Assembly: GCA_900320225.1 (NCBI GenBank)
Contig: ONRL01000003.1
Coordinates: 48,509 to 112,508 of the forward strand
DNA: 64,000 bases
Origin: an uncultured Lentisphaerota bacterium
Lineage (GTDB): Bacteria > Verrucomicrobiota > Kiritimatiellia > RFP12 > UBA1067
Direction: 5' to 3'
The notes beneath the pieces are model-generated. The model searched no databases and was not told the DNA's origin. It was given only the letters and a program-made list of their open reading frames with translations. The position numbers and the translations under genes were made by a program. How positions within the stretch are numbered: position 1 is the stretch's first letter; every line of letters starts with the position of its first letter. Shown here piece by piece: positions 1-9,367 of this stretch.

Positions 1-1193
1 GGCGTCCGTCGTTCGAGTTGAAGAAGTGGAAGAGCCGCGCCGAAGCCGAGGAAGTCGTGACGGCGAAGCTGGAGGAGACAATTGCGTTGCCGTTGGGGAA
101 TGACGAGGTGCCGTGTTCGTTCCTGAGCGGCGGCATCGACTCCAGCACGATTGTCGCGTTGCTCCGTCGGAAGCACGTGGGACGCATCCGCACGTTCTGC
201 GTGATCCACGAGGATCCGCGCACCGACGAACGGAAGTGGGCGAAGATGGTCGCGGAGCGGAACGAGACGGACCATACGGAGTTCATGCTGACGGATGCGA
301 TGATGCGCGATGGCATCGCGGATGCGCTTGCCGCGTACGACCAGCCGAGTCTGGACGGGCTCAATGTCTATTTCGCCTCCAAGTTTGCGGCGGAGGCGGG
401 TGCCAAGGTTGTCCATTCAGGCGAGGGCGGGGACGAACTGTTTGTCGGGTACAATCAGTTCGCGAAGCCGCGCATGGCGTACAAGTGGACGCCGTGGTTC
501 CGTTGGATCCCTGCGTTTCTGGGGAGTTGGCTTTCCGTTCACGGCGGCAGCGAGAAGGTGCGCAAGCTCGCGCAGATGTTCGGATGTCGGTATGATCCTT
601 ACTTCCTTACGCGGCGGCAGTTTAGTCCGGCGTGGATTGCGCGTCTTCTCGCGCGAGACATGCGGCCGGATCTTATGAAACTCTATGCGGACCAGATGGC
701 GGCCGTGGACACTGCAGGCATCGACTTCGGCTCGGATGTTATCAACCGGTCCTCGTGGATGGAAGTGCGGCACGACAACCTCTCGATGTACATGCGCGAC
801 GGCTTCCAGCTCGGCGAGGCCGTTGGCCTTGCGGGACGCTACCCGCTGATGGATGCCTCGCTCGCAGAATTGCTCTTCACGATCCCCGGCGCATGGAAGT
901 GCGATCCGCAGATCTCAAAGCCGTTACTCGTCAAGGCGGCAGGTTCCGGTCTCCCTGACGAGATCGTCCATCGCCCGAAGCAGGGGTTCTCCCTCCCATT
1001 CGACAAGTACTGCCGCGCAGGACTTAAGGATGAACTGGAAGCATTCGTGCGTACAGGCGGTACGGGCCTCTTCAAGCAACATGAAATCGCCTCCATTTGG
1101 CAGCGTTATCTGGCTGGCAAGGTGAGCTGGATGCGCATCTGGCATCTGTTCGTCGTAGACGACTGGTGCCGTCGGAATCAAGTGGGCGTCTGA
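1..1193 (+). CDS. asparagine synthase (glutamine-hydrolysing)-like amidotransferase, synthetase domain; 5' end outside window
   Basis: Frame is open from the window edge to TGA 1191-1193. PP-loop motif SGGIDSS is present. AsnB/WbpS-type enzymes are common in polysaccharide loci. Confidence 0.8.
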   Translation, partial: RPSFELKKWKSRAEAEEVVTAKLEETIALPLGNDEVPCSFLSGGIDSSTIVALLRRKHVGRIRTFCVIHEDPRTDERKWAKMVAERNETDHTEFMLTDAMMRDGIADALAAYDQPSLDGLNVYFASKFAAEAGAKVVHSGEGGDELFVGYNQFAKPRMAYKWTPWFRWIPAFLGSWLSVHGGSEKVRKLAQMFGCRYDPYFLTRRQFSPAWIARLLARDMRPDLMKLYADQMAAVDTAGIDFGSDVINRSSWMEVRHDNLSMYMRDGFQLGEAVGLAGRYPLMDASLAELLFTIPGAWKCDPQISKPLLVKAAGSGLPDEIVHRPKQGFSLPFDKYCRAGLKDELEAFVRTGGTGLFKQHEIASIWQRYLAGKVSWMRIWHLFVVDDWCRRNQVGV

Positions 1194-1217
1194 GAATGTT
1201 ATGCCAAAAGACAATTT

Positions 1218-1949
1218 ATGAAAAAATTAATCGTTCGAATTTTGAAGAGCAACGCTTTCGGGCGTTGTCTCTATAAACCTCTACACGCGCTGTATCGGTT
1301 GTATTCCGTTCCTCACCGAAGACGGTTGCTTAAGCGCTATGGTCCAGAGGTGTTATCGGATCTTGCAAAAATATTCAAGAGACACCAGATTCCGGCCTTT
1401 GCGGCGTATGGAACCATGTTAGGCTTTGTGCGTGACCATGGATTCATTCCGCATGATGATGATATGGATATCGGCATCATGCCGAACACGATGACACCGC
1501 AACAACTATTGCGTATCTTGTTGGAGAAAGAGAAGGGGTTTAAAATTCTCTTTATTTTTAGGTTTAGGAAACAAGTTGTTGAGTTTAAAGTTGAATACAA
1601 GCACGTTCCTGTTGACTTCTTCTTCTTTGAAGGAGACGAAAACGAAGTTCGGTGTCCTCTCTTTTTCTTCAAGGAAGAGGTTAATTACCCAAGTCCGAAT
1701 GCAAATTCGATGAAGATACTCCATCTCCCTCCCTTTAAAGGCATTACAACTGTACCTGTCTACGGGTGTGATTTCCCTGTCCTTGAAGATACAGAGAATG
1801 CATTGGCGGCATTATACGGGGAGGGTTGGAGGATTCCCGATAAAAAGTGGAATGACGACAAGCGGCCACATATCGATGACATCTCCGAGTTCGGGTATTC
1901 CATCTCGTTGGAAGAGGCGTTTCAACTTGAGCCACAAAGCAATACTTGA
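1218..1949 (+). CDS. LicD-family phosphotransferase (choline/ribitol-phosphate transferase type)
   Basis: Motif YGTMLGFVRDHGFIPHDDDMDIG is typical of LicD (DxD nucleotidyltransferase fold). The gene is AT-rich relative to its neighbours. Confidence 0.7.
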   Translation: MKKLIVRILKSNAFGRCLYKPLHALYRLYSVPHRRRLLKRYGPEVLSDLAKIFKRHQIPAFAAYGTMLGFVRDHGFIPHDDDMDIGIMPNTMTPQQLLRILLEKEKGFKILFIFRFRKQVVEFKVEYKHVPVDFFFFEGDENEVRCPLFFFKEEVNYPSPNANSMKILHLPPFKGITTVPVYGCDFPVLEDTENALAALYGEGWRIPDKKWNDDKRPHIDDISEFGYSISLEEAFQLEPQSNT

Positions 1950-1980
1950 TAATGTTAATATTTATCCTTGATCTTTCCGT

Positions 1981-3138
1981 ATGAAGGTTATTCTGACAGT
2001 TTCTGGCATAGGGATGGAGGCGGCGGGGCCGTCGTACTCGGTCCCGGGGCTGTGTCGTGGCCTTCAGGCTGTGGGTGTTGACGTGTATCTCCATGCACGG
2101 ATGAGGGACGAAATGCAGGCGCTATCCTTTCCACATGAGGCCTATCCCTATCTGCGGAGTAGATTTCTTCCGGGGGCGAATGCGCCTATGAGGGATGGGT
2201 TGAAGCGGGCGTGCAGAGATGCGGATATACTTCACTCAAATGGCCTATGGAACATGCCGTCGGTCTATCCAGGCTGGGTCGTGAAGGGAACGCGATGTAA
2301 ATTGGTGGTGGCGCCGCGCGGCACGTTGGCGGCATGGGCGCTGAGAAAGGGGTACTGGAAGAAGAAAATATTTGGCTGGCTGTTCCAGAATCAAGTCTTG
2401 CGCCGCGCGGACATGTTTCATGCGACGAGCGAGAAGGAGTATGAGGAGATTAGGGCTGCTGGGTACCTGCAGCCGGTGGCGATTGTGCCGATTGGGATGG
2501 ATGTGCCGGAGTTGGGAGTTTCTGGTTCCGAGTTTCTGGTTTCTGGTTCAGGGGCGAGGAAACGAATGAAGAAGGTGGTGTTCTTTGGACGATTGCATAA
2601 GGTCAAGGGCGTGGATCGGCTGTTGCTGGCGTGGGAGAAGATCGCGCGGGACGGCTGGGAGGTTGTAATCGCTGGACCGGACTGTGGGATGCTGGAGGAA
2701 TTGCAGGGGATCGTGGCGGCGAGGAAGTTGTCGCGCGTGTCGTTTGTGGGGGAGATCAACGGTCCCGCGAAGTATGAATTTCTGGCGGGGGGCGATGTGT
2801 ATGTGTTGCCGAGCGACACGGAGAACTTCGGCGTGACGGTGGCGGAGGCGCTGGCGAGTGGTACGCCCGTGATTGCGAGCCAGGGTACGCCGTGGCGGGG
2901 GCTGGAGCGCGAGCGGTGCGGAAAGTGGGTGCCGATCGGCGTGGAACCGCTGGCGGCGGCGTTGAAGGAGATGATGGCGATGAGTGACGAGGAGCGCGCT
3001 GCGATGGGCGCGCGGGGACGCGAGTGGATTCGCAGGGATTTCTCGTGGAAGGGCATCGGTGCGAAGATGAAGGCGGCGTATGAGTGGCTTCTAAGCTCAG
3101 GAAAGAAGGATAGACCAAATATGGTACGAGTGGATTAA
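1981..3138 (+). CDS. glycosyltransferase family 4 (GT-B)
   Basis: C-terminal motif SDTENFGVTVAEALASGTPVIAS is the E-x7-E region of GT4 enzymes. The interdomain linker contains simple-word repeat 2516-2549. Confidence 0.8.
   Translation: MKVILTVSGIGMEAAGPSYSVPGLCRGLQAVGVDVYLHARMRDEMQALSFPHEAYPYLRSRFLPGANAPMRDGLKRACRDADILHSNGLWNMPSVYPGWVVKGTRCKLVVAPRGTLAAWALRKGYWKKKIFGWLFQNQVLRRADMFHATSEKEYEEIRAAGYLQPVAIVPIGMDVPELGVSGSEFLVSGSGARKRMKKVVFFGRLHKVKGVDRLLLAWEKIARDGWEVVIAGPDCGMLEELQGIVAARKLSRVSFVGEINGPAKYEFLAGGDVYVLPSDTENFGVTVAEALASGTPVIASQGTPWRGLERERCGKWVPIGVEPLAAALKEMMAMSDEERAAMGARGREWIRRDFSWKGIGAKMKAAYEWLLSSGKKDRPNMVRVD
2516..2549 (+). repeat. GTTTCTGG-word simple repeat inside the GT4 CDS
   Basis: GAGTTTCTGGTTCCGAGTTTCTGGTTTCTGGTTC encodes VSGSEFLVSGS in the interdomain linker. 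The same word family forms the intergenic hairpin at 4347-4426. Confidence 0.6.
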
Positions 3139-3281
3139 TAATCACGAGATACAATGAAATACTCGAAGAAGGCTTTTCATCAAAATGGGTTTCTTGAAAT
3201 TGAAATCTACATCTTCTCGCCTTCATACTTCCATCCTGAAAGAACCTTCAAATGCGTGCACCACAAGTGTAGGAGAATGTG

Positions 3282-4304
3282 ATGAACATGAATACCACTA
3301 TGTCAGAATCATACCGATTTACTGGGCAAACAGGAAGAATCCACGATTGCGGCATTGATTTCTTGATGTTTATTGCCGTTTTGCTTGTTGTCAATTCTCA
3401 TTTGGATATAATGTATCCTGGGCGATTAAAATTTCTGGCTACTGGTGGAATATTTGGGGACGCCTTGTTTTTCTTTTGTTCTGGCTACAAACTATTTTTG
3501 AAAAAGCCCGGTAGATTTGATAACTGGTATAAAAGGAGAGTTGTTCGTGTATACCCTTCAATAGTTGTATGGGATGTAATGGTTGCAATTATCTTTTCGT
3601 TACCTTTCTCAATCTTGAATCTTTTTGATGGGTGGAGACCAAACGGATATTGGTTTGTGAAATGTATTATGTTTCACTATATTGGAATCTATCTTATCCA
3701 AAAATATATGATCAACCAGCTTAAGCTGATGATTTTTGCCGTATTTGCAGGCGTTTTTGTATGGTGGTTGACGGCCTATTCTCCAGAATTCGCTAATGCG
3801 ATGTTAAGTGCACCGAAGTTTCAGTGGTACTATATGTTCATATTCACGCTAGCGGGTGCGATTCTTAGAAAACATTCGCATATTAAGTTTAGATTATGGA
3901 TGGCAATGCTCTTTTCTTTTTCGATGTTTTGCTATTATGGTTTCCTTAAATGCGTTGACTTGTTTCCCATCATTACACCATTGCGAGTGCTGGTTATTTT
4001 GCCAATGTTTGGGGTGATATATGGCTTCTTTCTGATTTCAAGAAGTGATGCGGTAACGAAATTGATGAATACTAAGGGGGGAGCGGTTTTGAAGTTTTGT
4101 GGTGCTCTTTGCCTTGAAGTATACATTAGTCATGATGTCCTCTTGACCGGCGAATATAATCATCTATTTCCTCTTAATATTATAGTATATTTTTTCTTAG
4201 TATTTCTTTTGGCATACATAGTTCGTTGTGTAACGAGGTGTTTAGTTCAGACCTTCAACTTAGATAAGCCTTATGATTATGGGGCGATTTTAGGGAGAGA
4301 ATGA
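3282..4304 (+). CDS. acyltransferase family 3 (membrane O-acyltransferase)
   Basis: Multi-pass hydrophobic protein with an N-terminal DxLxxxAxxxVVxxH-like segment (DFLMFIAVLLVVNSH). AGGAG lies 6 nt before ATG 3282. AT-rich. Confidence 0.65.
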   Translation: MNMNTTMSESYRFTGQTGRIHDCGIDFLMFIAVLLVVNSHLDIMYPGRLKFLATGGIFGDALFFFCSGYKLFLKKPGRFDNWYKRRVVRVYPSIVVWDVMVAIIFSLPFSILNLFDGWRPNGYWFVKCIMFHYIGIYLIQKYMINQLKLMIFAVFAGVFVWWLTAYSPEFANAMLSAPKFQWYYMFIFTLAGAILRKHSHIKFRLWMAMLFSFSMFCYYGFLKCVDLFPIITPLRVLVILPMFGVIYGFFLISRSDAVTKLMNTKGGAVLKFCGALCLEVYISHDVLLTGEYNHLFPLNIIVYFFLVFLLAYIVRCVTRCLVQTFNLDKPYDYGAILGRE

Positions 4305-4346
4305 GTGGGAGCGCTCGTGATAGCAAGTAGGGAGACACAATGGGAA

Positions 4347-4426
4347 GGTCTGGTTTCTTGTTTCGTATAGCAACCCTAAGCCCGAGCCTCGAATCCCTAA
4401 ACTAGAAACCAGAAACTAGAAACTAG
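4347..4426. repeat. GTTTCTGG/CCAGAAAC-word hairpin upstream of galE
   Basis: GGTCTGGTTTCTTGTTTCG ... CTAGAAACCAGAAACTAGAAACTAG; the core TCTGGTTTC pairs with GAAACCAGA. Confidence 0.5.
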
Positions 4427-4428
4427 AT

Positions 4429-5406
4429 ATGAAAGTATTTGTTACAGGTGGAAGCGGGTACATCGGTTCTGTTGTCGTGAAGCGGCTTCTCGAACGCGGT
4501 GACCAGGTGGTTGTGTTCGACAACCTCGAGCGCGGACATCGGTGTAATCTGGATTCGCGGGCGGAGTTTGTGGAAGGTGACTTGCGCGATGGTCAGTTGA
4601 TTGTGGAAACTCTGGCGAAGGTTAAGCCCGATGCCGTTCTGCATTTCGCCGCGTATGCGCTTGTGGGCGAATCCATGGGCGATCCGCTCAAGTATTTTGA
4701 CAACAACGTGACTGGCGGCGTGAACTTGTTGAAGGCGATGATGGCGGCGGGATGTACGCGGCTCGTGTTTTCCTCAAGTTGCGCGACGTACGGCGTGCCA
4801 GATGTGCTGCCGATCGAGGAGGTTATGCCGCAGCGGCCGACGAATCCCTACGGGCAGAGTAAGCTCATGTTTGAGCAGATGGCGAATTGGCTCGCCGAGA
4901 CGAAGGGTCTTCGTCCGACCTTCTTGCGTTATTTCAATGCGGCGGGGGCGCTTCCGGAGGAGAACCTCGGCGAGGATCATGACCCCGAAACGCATCTCAT
5001 CCCGAACGTGCTGAAGGTCGCCCTGGGGAAGATGGATGCCGTGGAGGTGTATGGCACTGACTATCCCACGCCCGATGGTACCTGCATCCGCGACTACATT
5101 CATCTTGAAGATCTGGCATCGGCGCATATTCTGGCGTTGGAAATGGAAGCTCTGGGCGCGTACAACCTCGGGACGGGACAGGGCGTGAGCGTGAAAGAGG
5201 TCGTCGAGACCTGTCGGCGCGTGACGGGGTGCCCCATTCCCGTGAAGGTGTGTCCGCGTCGTGCGGGTGATCCACCGGCACTGTATGCGAGTGGACGGAA
5301 AGCGCGGGCGGTGATGGGATGGAATCCAACCCATTCCGACATTGAGACGATTGTTCGCGATGCCTGGGCGTTTCATCAGGCACATCCAGATGGATTGGAG
5401 GCGTGA
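4429..5406 (+). CDS. galE: UDP-glucose 4-epimerase
   Basis: MKVFVTGGSGYIGS Rossmann motif, SSSCATYG, YGQSK catalytic YxxxK, and full-length SDR extended-family similarity. Confidence 0.9.
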   Translation: MKVFVTGGSGYIGSVVVKRLLERGDQVVVFDNLERGHRCNLDSRAEFVEGDLRDGQLIVETLAKVKPDAVLHFAAYALVGESMGDPLKYFDNNVTGGVNLLKAMMAAGCTRLVFSSSCATYGVPDVLPIEEVMPQRPTNPYGQSKLMFEQMANWLAETKGLRPTFLRYFNAAGALPEENLGEDHDPETHLIPNVLKVALGKMDAVEVYGTDYPTPDGTCIRDYIHLEDLASAHILALEMEALGAYNLGTGQGVSVKEVVETCRRVTGCPIPVKVCPRRAGDPPALYASGRKARAVMGWNPTHSDIETIVRDAWAFHQAHPDGLEA

Positions 5407-5407
5407 G

Positions 5408-6202
5408 ATGTTCTCAATTCTCATTCTTACCTATAACGAAGAGAAGAATCTCGCAGAGTGTCTGGATTCAATTGCGTGGTGCGACGACATTTGGGTGCTT
5501 GATTCGGGCAGTACGGATCGGACGGTTGAGATTGCCAAGGAGCGTGGTTGTCATCTCCTGACAAGGAAGTTCGACAACTTCGGTGACCAGCGTAACTACG
5601 CGATTGACACGGCCTCGTTCAAGTATCCGTGGGTGTTTGATCTCGATGCTGACGAGCGGTTTACGGACGCGTTGAAAGCTGAATGTGAGGAGAAGGTCCG
5701 CAAGGACGAGAAAAGTGCCTACTACTGCTCCTACAAGAATATCATGTGGGGCAAGTGGCTCAAGCACTCGACAGGGTTTCCCGTCTACCAGATGCGGTTT
5801 CACAAGTTGGGGGAGATCCGCTTCGTCGGGCACGGTCACGGCCAGCGCGAGGGCGCGGCGCAGCGGGGCATCGGGTATTTAAATGAGCCTTACATTCACT
5901 ACAACTTCTCCAAAGGCCTTGCCGAGTGGTTCGCGAAGCATGTCGATTATGCGCGCCGTGAGGCGGAACTCCTGGTGGCGGGAGAACAGGAGGAGGGGGT
6001 CGCCTCGGGGAAGATGGCGCGTCGTCGTCGGTTGATTCGCTTGGCGCGCCATTTGCCGTTCCGCCCTTTTCTGCGCTTCTGTTATGTTTATTTCTTCCAC
6101 TTCGGCTTTCTCGATGGACGTGCCGGCTGGCAATTCGCCCGTATGCAGATGTGGTACCAGTTCATGATCGACTCGCTCGTTCGCGATTTGCGTCATGAAT
6201 AG
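5408..6202 (+). CDS. glycosyltransferase family 2
   Basis: MFSILILTYNEEKNL...VLDSGSTDRT...DADE is a GT2 signature. The ATG follows the galE stop (5404-5406) by one nt. Confidence 0.8.
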   Translation: MFSILILTYNEEKNLAECLDSIAWCDDIWVLDSGSTDRTVEIAKERGCHLLTRKFDNFGDQRNYAIDTASFKYPWVFDLDADERFTDALKAECEEKVRKDEKSAYYCSYKNIMWGKWLKHSTGFPVYQMRFHKLGEIRFVGHGHGQREGAAQRGIGYLNEPYIHYNFSKGLAEWFAKHVDYARREAELLVAGEQEEGVASGKMARRRRLIRLARHLPFRPFLRFCYVYFFHFGFLDGRAGWQFARMQMWYQFMIDSLVRDLRHE

Positions 6203-6247
6203 CGCCGATAGCGTCCAATTTTACTTGTGTGCTTAACCTTAAGAATG

Positions 6248-6256
6248 TGATATACT
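6248..6256 (+). promoter_or_regulatory. extended -10 promoter (TGaTATACT), 10 nt before ATG 6267
   Basis: TG-n-TATACT match. Belongs to the recurrent pattern in this window. Confidence 0.4.
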
Positions 6257-6266
6257 ATCACCCCAT

Positions 6267-7862
6267 ATGAATCAGTTGAATTTTTATAAAGACTCTGACA
6301 TCTATAAGCTTACGGCCAAGATGTTGGTCTTTATTGTGTTTGTGATTGCAATATGTCGTGTGACGCGTGGGTATGTCATGCCTGCCGTTACGCTTGTTGG
6401 TGTTTGCATGGCCTGTGCGAATTATCTCGGCTGGTCTCTCGTATTTTTTGTTATGATGCCGTTTCTTGCCGTCACCAATCCTGCAATTACGGGTGCTACA
6501 TCATCGTTATGGGGCTTTTCCATTAGACTGGGCCCTCTTCTTATCGGGCTGGTATTGGCCTTACGAGGGGCGTCACGTCAGGGAACGCATAAGCTCCCTT
6601 TCATTGGGATGGTTCCATTTCTTATGGCGGCTGCCATTTCAGCGGTGGACGGGTGGGTTCCCAGCGTGAGTCTGGCGAAGCTTGTAAACTTTATCTTCTT
6701 TCTTTTTGGTATTTGGTTTGGCACTCAGAATCTCCAGGAACGTCCAAAGGACGTGCTTATCCTAAGAAGCTTCTTCCTTGCCATGTCTTGTTTCTTGGTG
6801 TTTGGCAGCCTCATTACAATTGCTGTGCCAAGTATTGGCTATGCTACAGGCCTCAGATGGGCAATGCAGCAGGGAGGCGCTGAATTTGCCAATGAGATTT
6901 TCAAGGAACGGCAGGCTGATAGCTTGATGACCCTCTTTTGTGGTGTCACGAACCACTCACAGACGCTTGCACCTCTTCTCGCGGTGACGGTAGGATGGGT
7001 GCTCTGCGACATGCTTCTTCTTGAGCGCCGTTTCCGTTGGTTACATTTGTGCATTGTTTTATTCGCCTTGCCAATGACTTATATGACTCGGTCCCGCGTG
7101 GGACTTGTTTCCGTGACGGTCGCGATGTTTATGAGTGCATTTTATGCAGCACGAAAGGTGCAGCTCCCTGCGCGTTTGCGCGCACGTCTCAATCAGGGAA
7201 TTATAGTGAGTAGCATCGTGATTGGGGGCGTGGCCCTCATTGTCCAGATTACGACAGGGGCAATGTCACGGTGGATGCGCAAGACGAGTGATGTTGAGGG
7301 TGATCGACGGACTTTGGGAGAGGCTTTGACGGAAAGCCGGTTGGGGGCCCTCGGCCAAAGTTTTTATGAGTTTCGGCGGAATCCAATGTTTGGGAGCGGA
7401 TTCCAAGTGGCCGAATATACACGAGATTTGGTGAGGATGAACAAGGGGTTCATCATTTCGGCCCCCATTGAGAAAGGTATTGCGCCGATCATGGTGCTCG
7501 GCGAGACGGGAATTGTGGGGGGGGTGTGTTTTGTCATTTTTCTTATGTCATTCTATGGTACATGCATACGGCGAAAGTATATCGTTACGCTTTCACTGTT
7601 TACAGTCTTGCTCGCAACGAACATGGGAGAGGCAACGATCTTCTCACCTGGCGGTACCGGTGGCATCCTTTGGATGGTGAGCGTGGTCGGAGGGTTCACC
7701 ATTGATACCTATCTCCTTTACCGTCGTCAACTTGAACAACGATGGGCGGCGATGGGCTTCCAAATGGTTGCGCCCACCTTTGCGATGGTGGAGGATCGCT
7801 CTGGTCGCAGGCGGATGGTGGAAGATGATCGTGGGGTTAAGCGCTATGGCGTGAGGGGGTGA
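6267..7862 (+). CDS. O-antigen polymerase/ligase-family membrane protein (Wzy-like)
   Basis: More than 10 predicted TM segments and a TRSRVGLVS motif typical of the O-antigen ligase/polymerase domain. The last ~27 codons and the stop are homologous to repeat module 11268-11340. Confidence 0.65.
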   Translation: MNQLNFYKDSDIYKLTAKMLVFIVFVIAICRVTRGYVMPAVTLVGVCMACANYLGWSLVFFVMMPFLAVTNPAITGATSSLWGFSIRLGPLLIGLVLALRGASRQGTHKLPFIGMVPFLMAAAISAVDGWVPSVSLAKLVNFIFFLFGIWFGTQNLQERPKDVLILRSFFLAMSCFLVFGSLITIAVPSIGYATGLRWAMQQGGAEFANEIFKERQADSLMTLFCGVTNHSQTLAPLLAVTVGWVLCDMLLLERRFRWLHLCIVLFALPMTYMTRSRVGLVSVTVAMFMSAFYAARKVQLPARLRARLNQGIIVSSIVIGGVALIVQITTGAMSRWMRKTSDVEGDRRTLGEALTESRLGALGQSFYEFRRNPMFGSGFQVAEYTRDLVRMNKGFIISAPIEKGIAPIMVLGETGIVGGVCFVIFLMSFYGTCIRRKYIVTLSLFTVLLATNMGEATIFSPGGTGGILWMVSVVGGFTIDTYLLYRRQLEQRWAAMGFQMVAPTFAMVEDRSGRRRMVEDDRGVKRYGVRG

Positions 7863-7940
7863 GGGGAGTGTTGCCAATGTGCAAGTGTTGCCAGTTTCCA
7901 GTGTTACCAATTTCCAATTGAGTGAGGGCTGTTGGGGCGC

Positions 7941-8130
7941 GGGCAGAAGCGGCAAGAGTGCCGCTTCTCCGAGGTGCGGCGCGTTGGTGTGCGCGGGCGA
8001 GGTCGCCCGCGCTTTTTTGTGGGGTGTGGGAGGACGTGGGACGGACGTAGGACGTAAGACGTAGGACTTTGGTTGCTTTGGGGGAGCCCGTAAGGCAGGA
8101 CAAAGTCTTACGTCCTACGTCTTACGTCCT
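7941..8130 (+). repeat. composite intergenic element, copy 1
   Basis: Same module order as copies 2 and 3: hairpin GAAGCGGCA-AGAG-TGCCGCTTC, a GC-stem/T-run terminator, then a long inverted repeat with GACGTAR-word arms around the conserved loop TTGCTTTGGGGGAGCCCGTAAGGCAGG. Confidence 0.85.
7991..8018 (+). terminator. intrinsic terminator within composite element copy 1
   Basis: GCGCGGGCG-loop-CGCCCGCGC followed by TTTTTT. Confidence 0.75.
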
Positions 8131-8420
8131 TTCTACAGCCGCCAAGATGGCGGCTCCCCATACTTTGGGGCGGGGTGCCCCGTCAAACAGATGTGGCCGC
8201 CTCGGCCTTGCACCGCCGCAAGCAGCAAGGGCGAGGGCGCCCTTGCCACATCGCGCGGCGAAATTGGCGGTCGCCTCGGCGAGGCGACCCTACCATGCGG
8301 CCGCGACGGAGCACGGCCCTCCCAGTGCGGTCGCAACAAGTTGCGACCCGCTGGTGGTCTCATTCTCAGGTCTGCCCGCTTTCCACCTCGCCAACGGCGG
8401 ATCAGCGCGCGGGTGGCTTT
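8131..8420. repeat. array of short GC-rich hairpin modules (REP/BIME-like)
   Basis: At least six consecutive 7-9 bp stems, e.g. AGCCGCC/GGCGGCT, CAAGGGCG/CGCCCTTG, GGTCGCCTC/GAGGCGACC and GGTCGCAAC/GTTGCGACC. Confidence 0.7.
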
Positions 8421-8479
8421 TCAACGCGATGTCCAAAACGGCACCGATTGTCGCTGCGTTGTTGGTGGCTGCTGGCGGC

Positions 8480-8509
8480 TTGACAAATGGGGGTATGATT
8501 TGGTATTCT
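8480..8509 (+). promoter_or_regulatory. sigma70-like promoter for the small-ORF/GNAT pair
   Basis: TTGACA-18 nt-TATTCT. Confidence 0.4.
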
Positions 8510-8563
8510 CCACGCCGAACCCTTACCGGGATTGCTTTTGCGATCAGTAGAAAGGAGAAAATC

Positions 8564-8752
8564 ATGAGGATAATAACGGATGAATATAGAGAGCAATTGC
8601 TGAAAAACAGGGTGTATCAGATGATTGTCAATACACCTAAGCCGGATTTTACTCAGTTGGACAAGGAAGTCGCTGAGTTTGAGGAGTGGATTGCGCAAGA
8701 ACATAAAAAGGAGCGCGAGGCGAGGTTGGCGCACGGAGCGAGTGCAAGATGA
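8564..8752 (+). CDS. small protein, candidate antitoxin of the downstream GNAT toxin
   Basis: 62 aa with a strong AAAGGAG SD before ATG 8564. Its stop overlaps the next ATG (ATGA at 8749-8752). No recognisable DUF1778 motif, so the role is inferred from context only. Confidence 0.45.
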   Translation: MRIITDEYREQLLKNRVYQMIVNTPKPDFTQLDKEVAEFEEWIAQEHKKEREARLAHGASAR

Positions 8753-9324
8753 AAATAGACGCTCTCAATTTGAATACTGAACATTTTACGGTCGAGCATT
8801 TGCAGAACACTCCTGCGAATCGCCGGTTGATTGAGAGCTTTTCCGCACCAAACAATGCTATGGGGCTTGAAGCGTACCTAAAGTTACAGGCCGAGAGCGA
8901 TGAGAACAGCAATGGAAGCAGGACTTTTCTCGTAAAGGACGCGGAGACGGGACGGTTGGCTTGTTATTTCTCGTTGCGGTCAGGTCTAATAGCGATACGG
9001 CGCGAAGATGATTTGTTTGACACTATCCCAGCCATAGAGCTAGCGAATTTCGCTGTTAACGATACCTATCGTTCGGAAAGCGGCAAGGTCGCAAAGGTCG
9101 GAGCTTATGCTTTTAGACGTTTTGTGCAACCTATAGTGAAGAATGTTTCAGACCTTGTGGGCGTTCAATGCCTGTATATCTATGCATTGCCAAAGGAAAG
9201 ACTGATTCAGTACTACGCTTCACTTGGTTTCATGCGCTTACCAAGTGAGGATGAGGCTTTTGTGCACAGCCATGTCAAGCCGGCTTATGATAGAGGGTGC
9301 ATTTTCATGTATCAGGGGATTTGA
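8749..9324 (+). CDS. GNAT-family acetyltransferase, TacT-like toxin candidate
   Basis: GNAT core pattern IELANFAV...G..GAYAF...LYIYALP..RLIQYYASLGF. Translationally coupled to a small upstream ORF. AT-richer than its surroundings. Confidence 0.6.
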   Translation: MKIDALNLNTEHFTVEHLQNTPANRRLIESFSAPNNAMGLEAYLKLQAESDENSNGSRTFLVKDAETGRLACYFSLRSGLIAIRREDDLFDTIPAIELANFAVNDTYRSESGKVAKVGAYAFRRFVQPIVKNVSDLVGVQCLYIYALPKERLIQYYASLGFMRLPSEDEAFVHSHVKPAYDRGCIFMYQGI

Positions 9325-9367
9325 GATAGTACCCGCTATAGGGATGGTGGAGGATGCGCGCGGGGGC

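Noticed and set aside
7837-8103. Recurrent minus-strand peptides (…CLTGSPKATKVLRLTSYV…) at 7837-8103, 9305-9532, 11328-11645 and 13685-14965, considered as a possible small-protein family.
   Set aside because: They are simply translations of the repeated hairpin DNA. They lack SDs and consistent starts and stops, and they run through terminator stems.
8069-8752. A 227-aa ORF spanning the hairpin array.
   Set aside because: The first 165 codons read through GC-rich palindromic repeats (low-complexity Ala/Arg/Pro). A strong SD and ATG at 8564 define a 62-aa protein instead.
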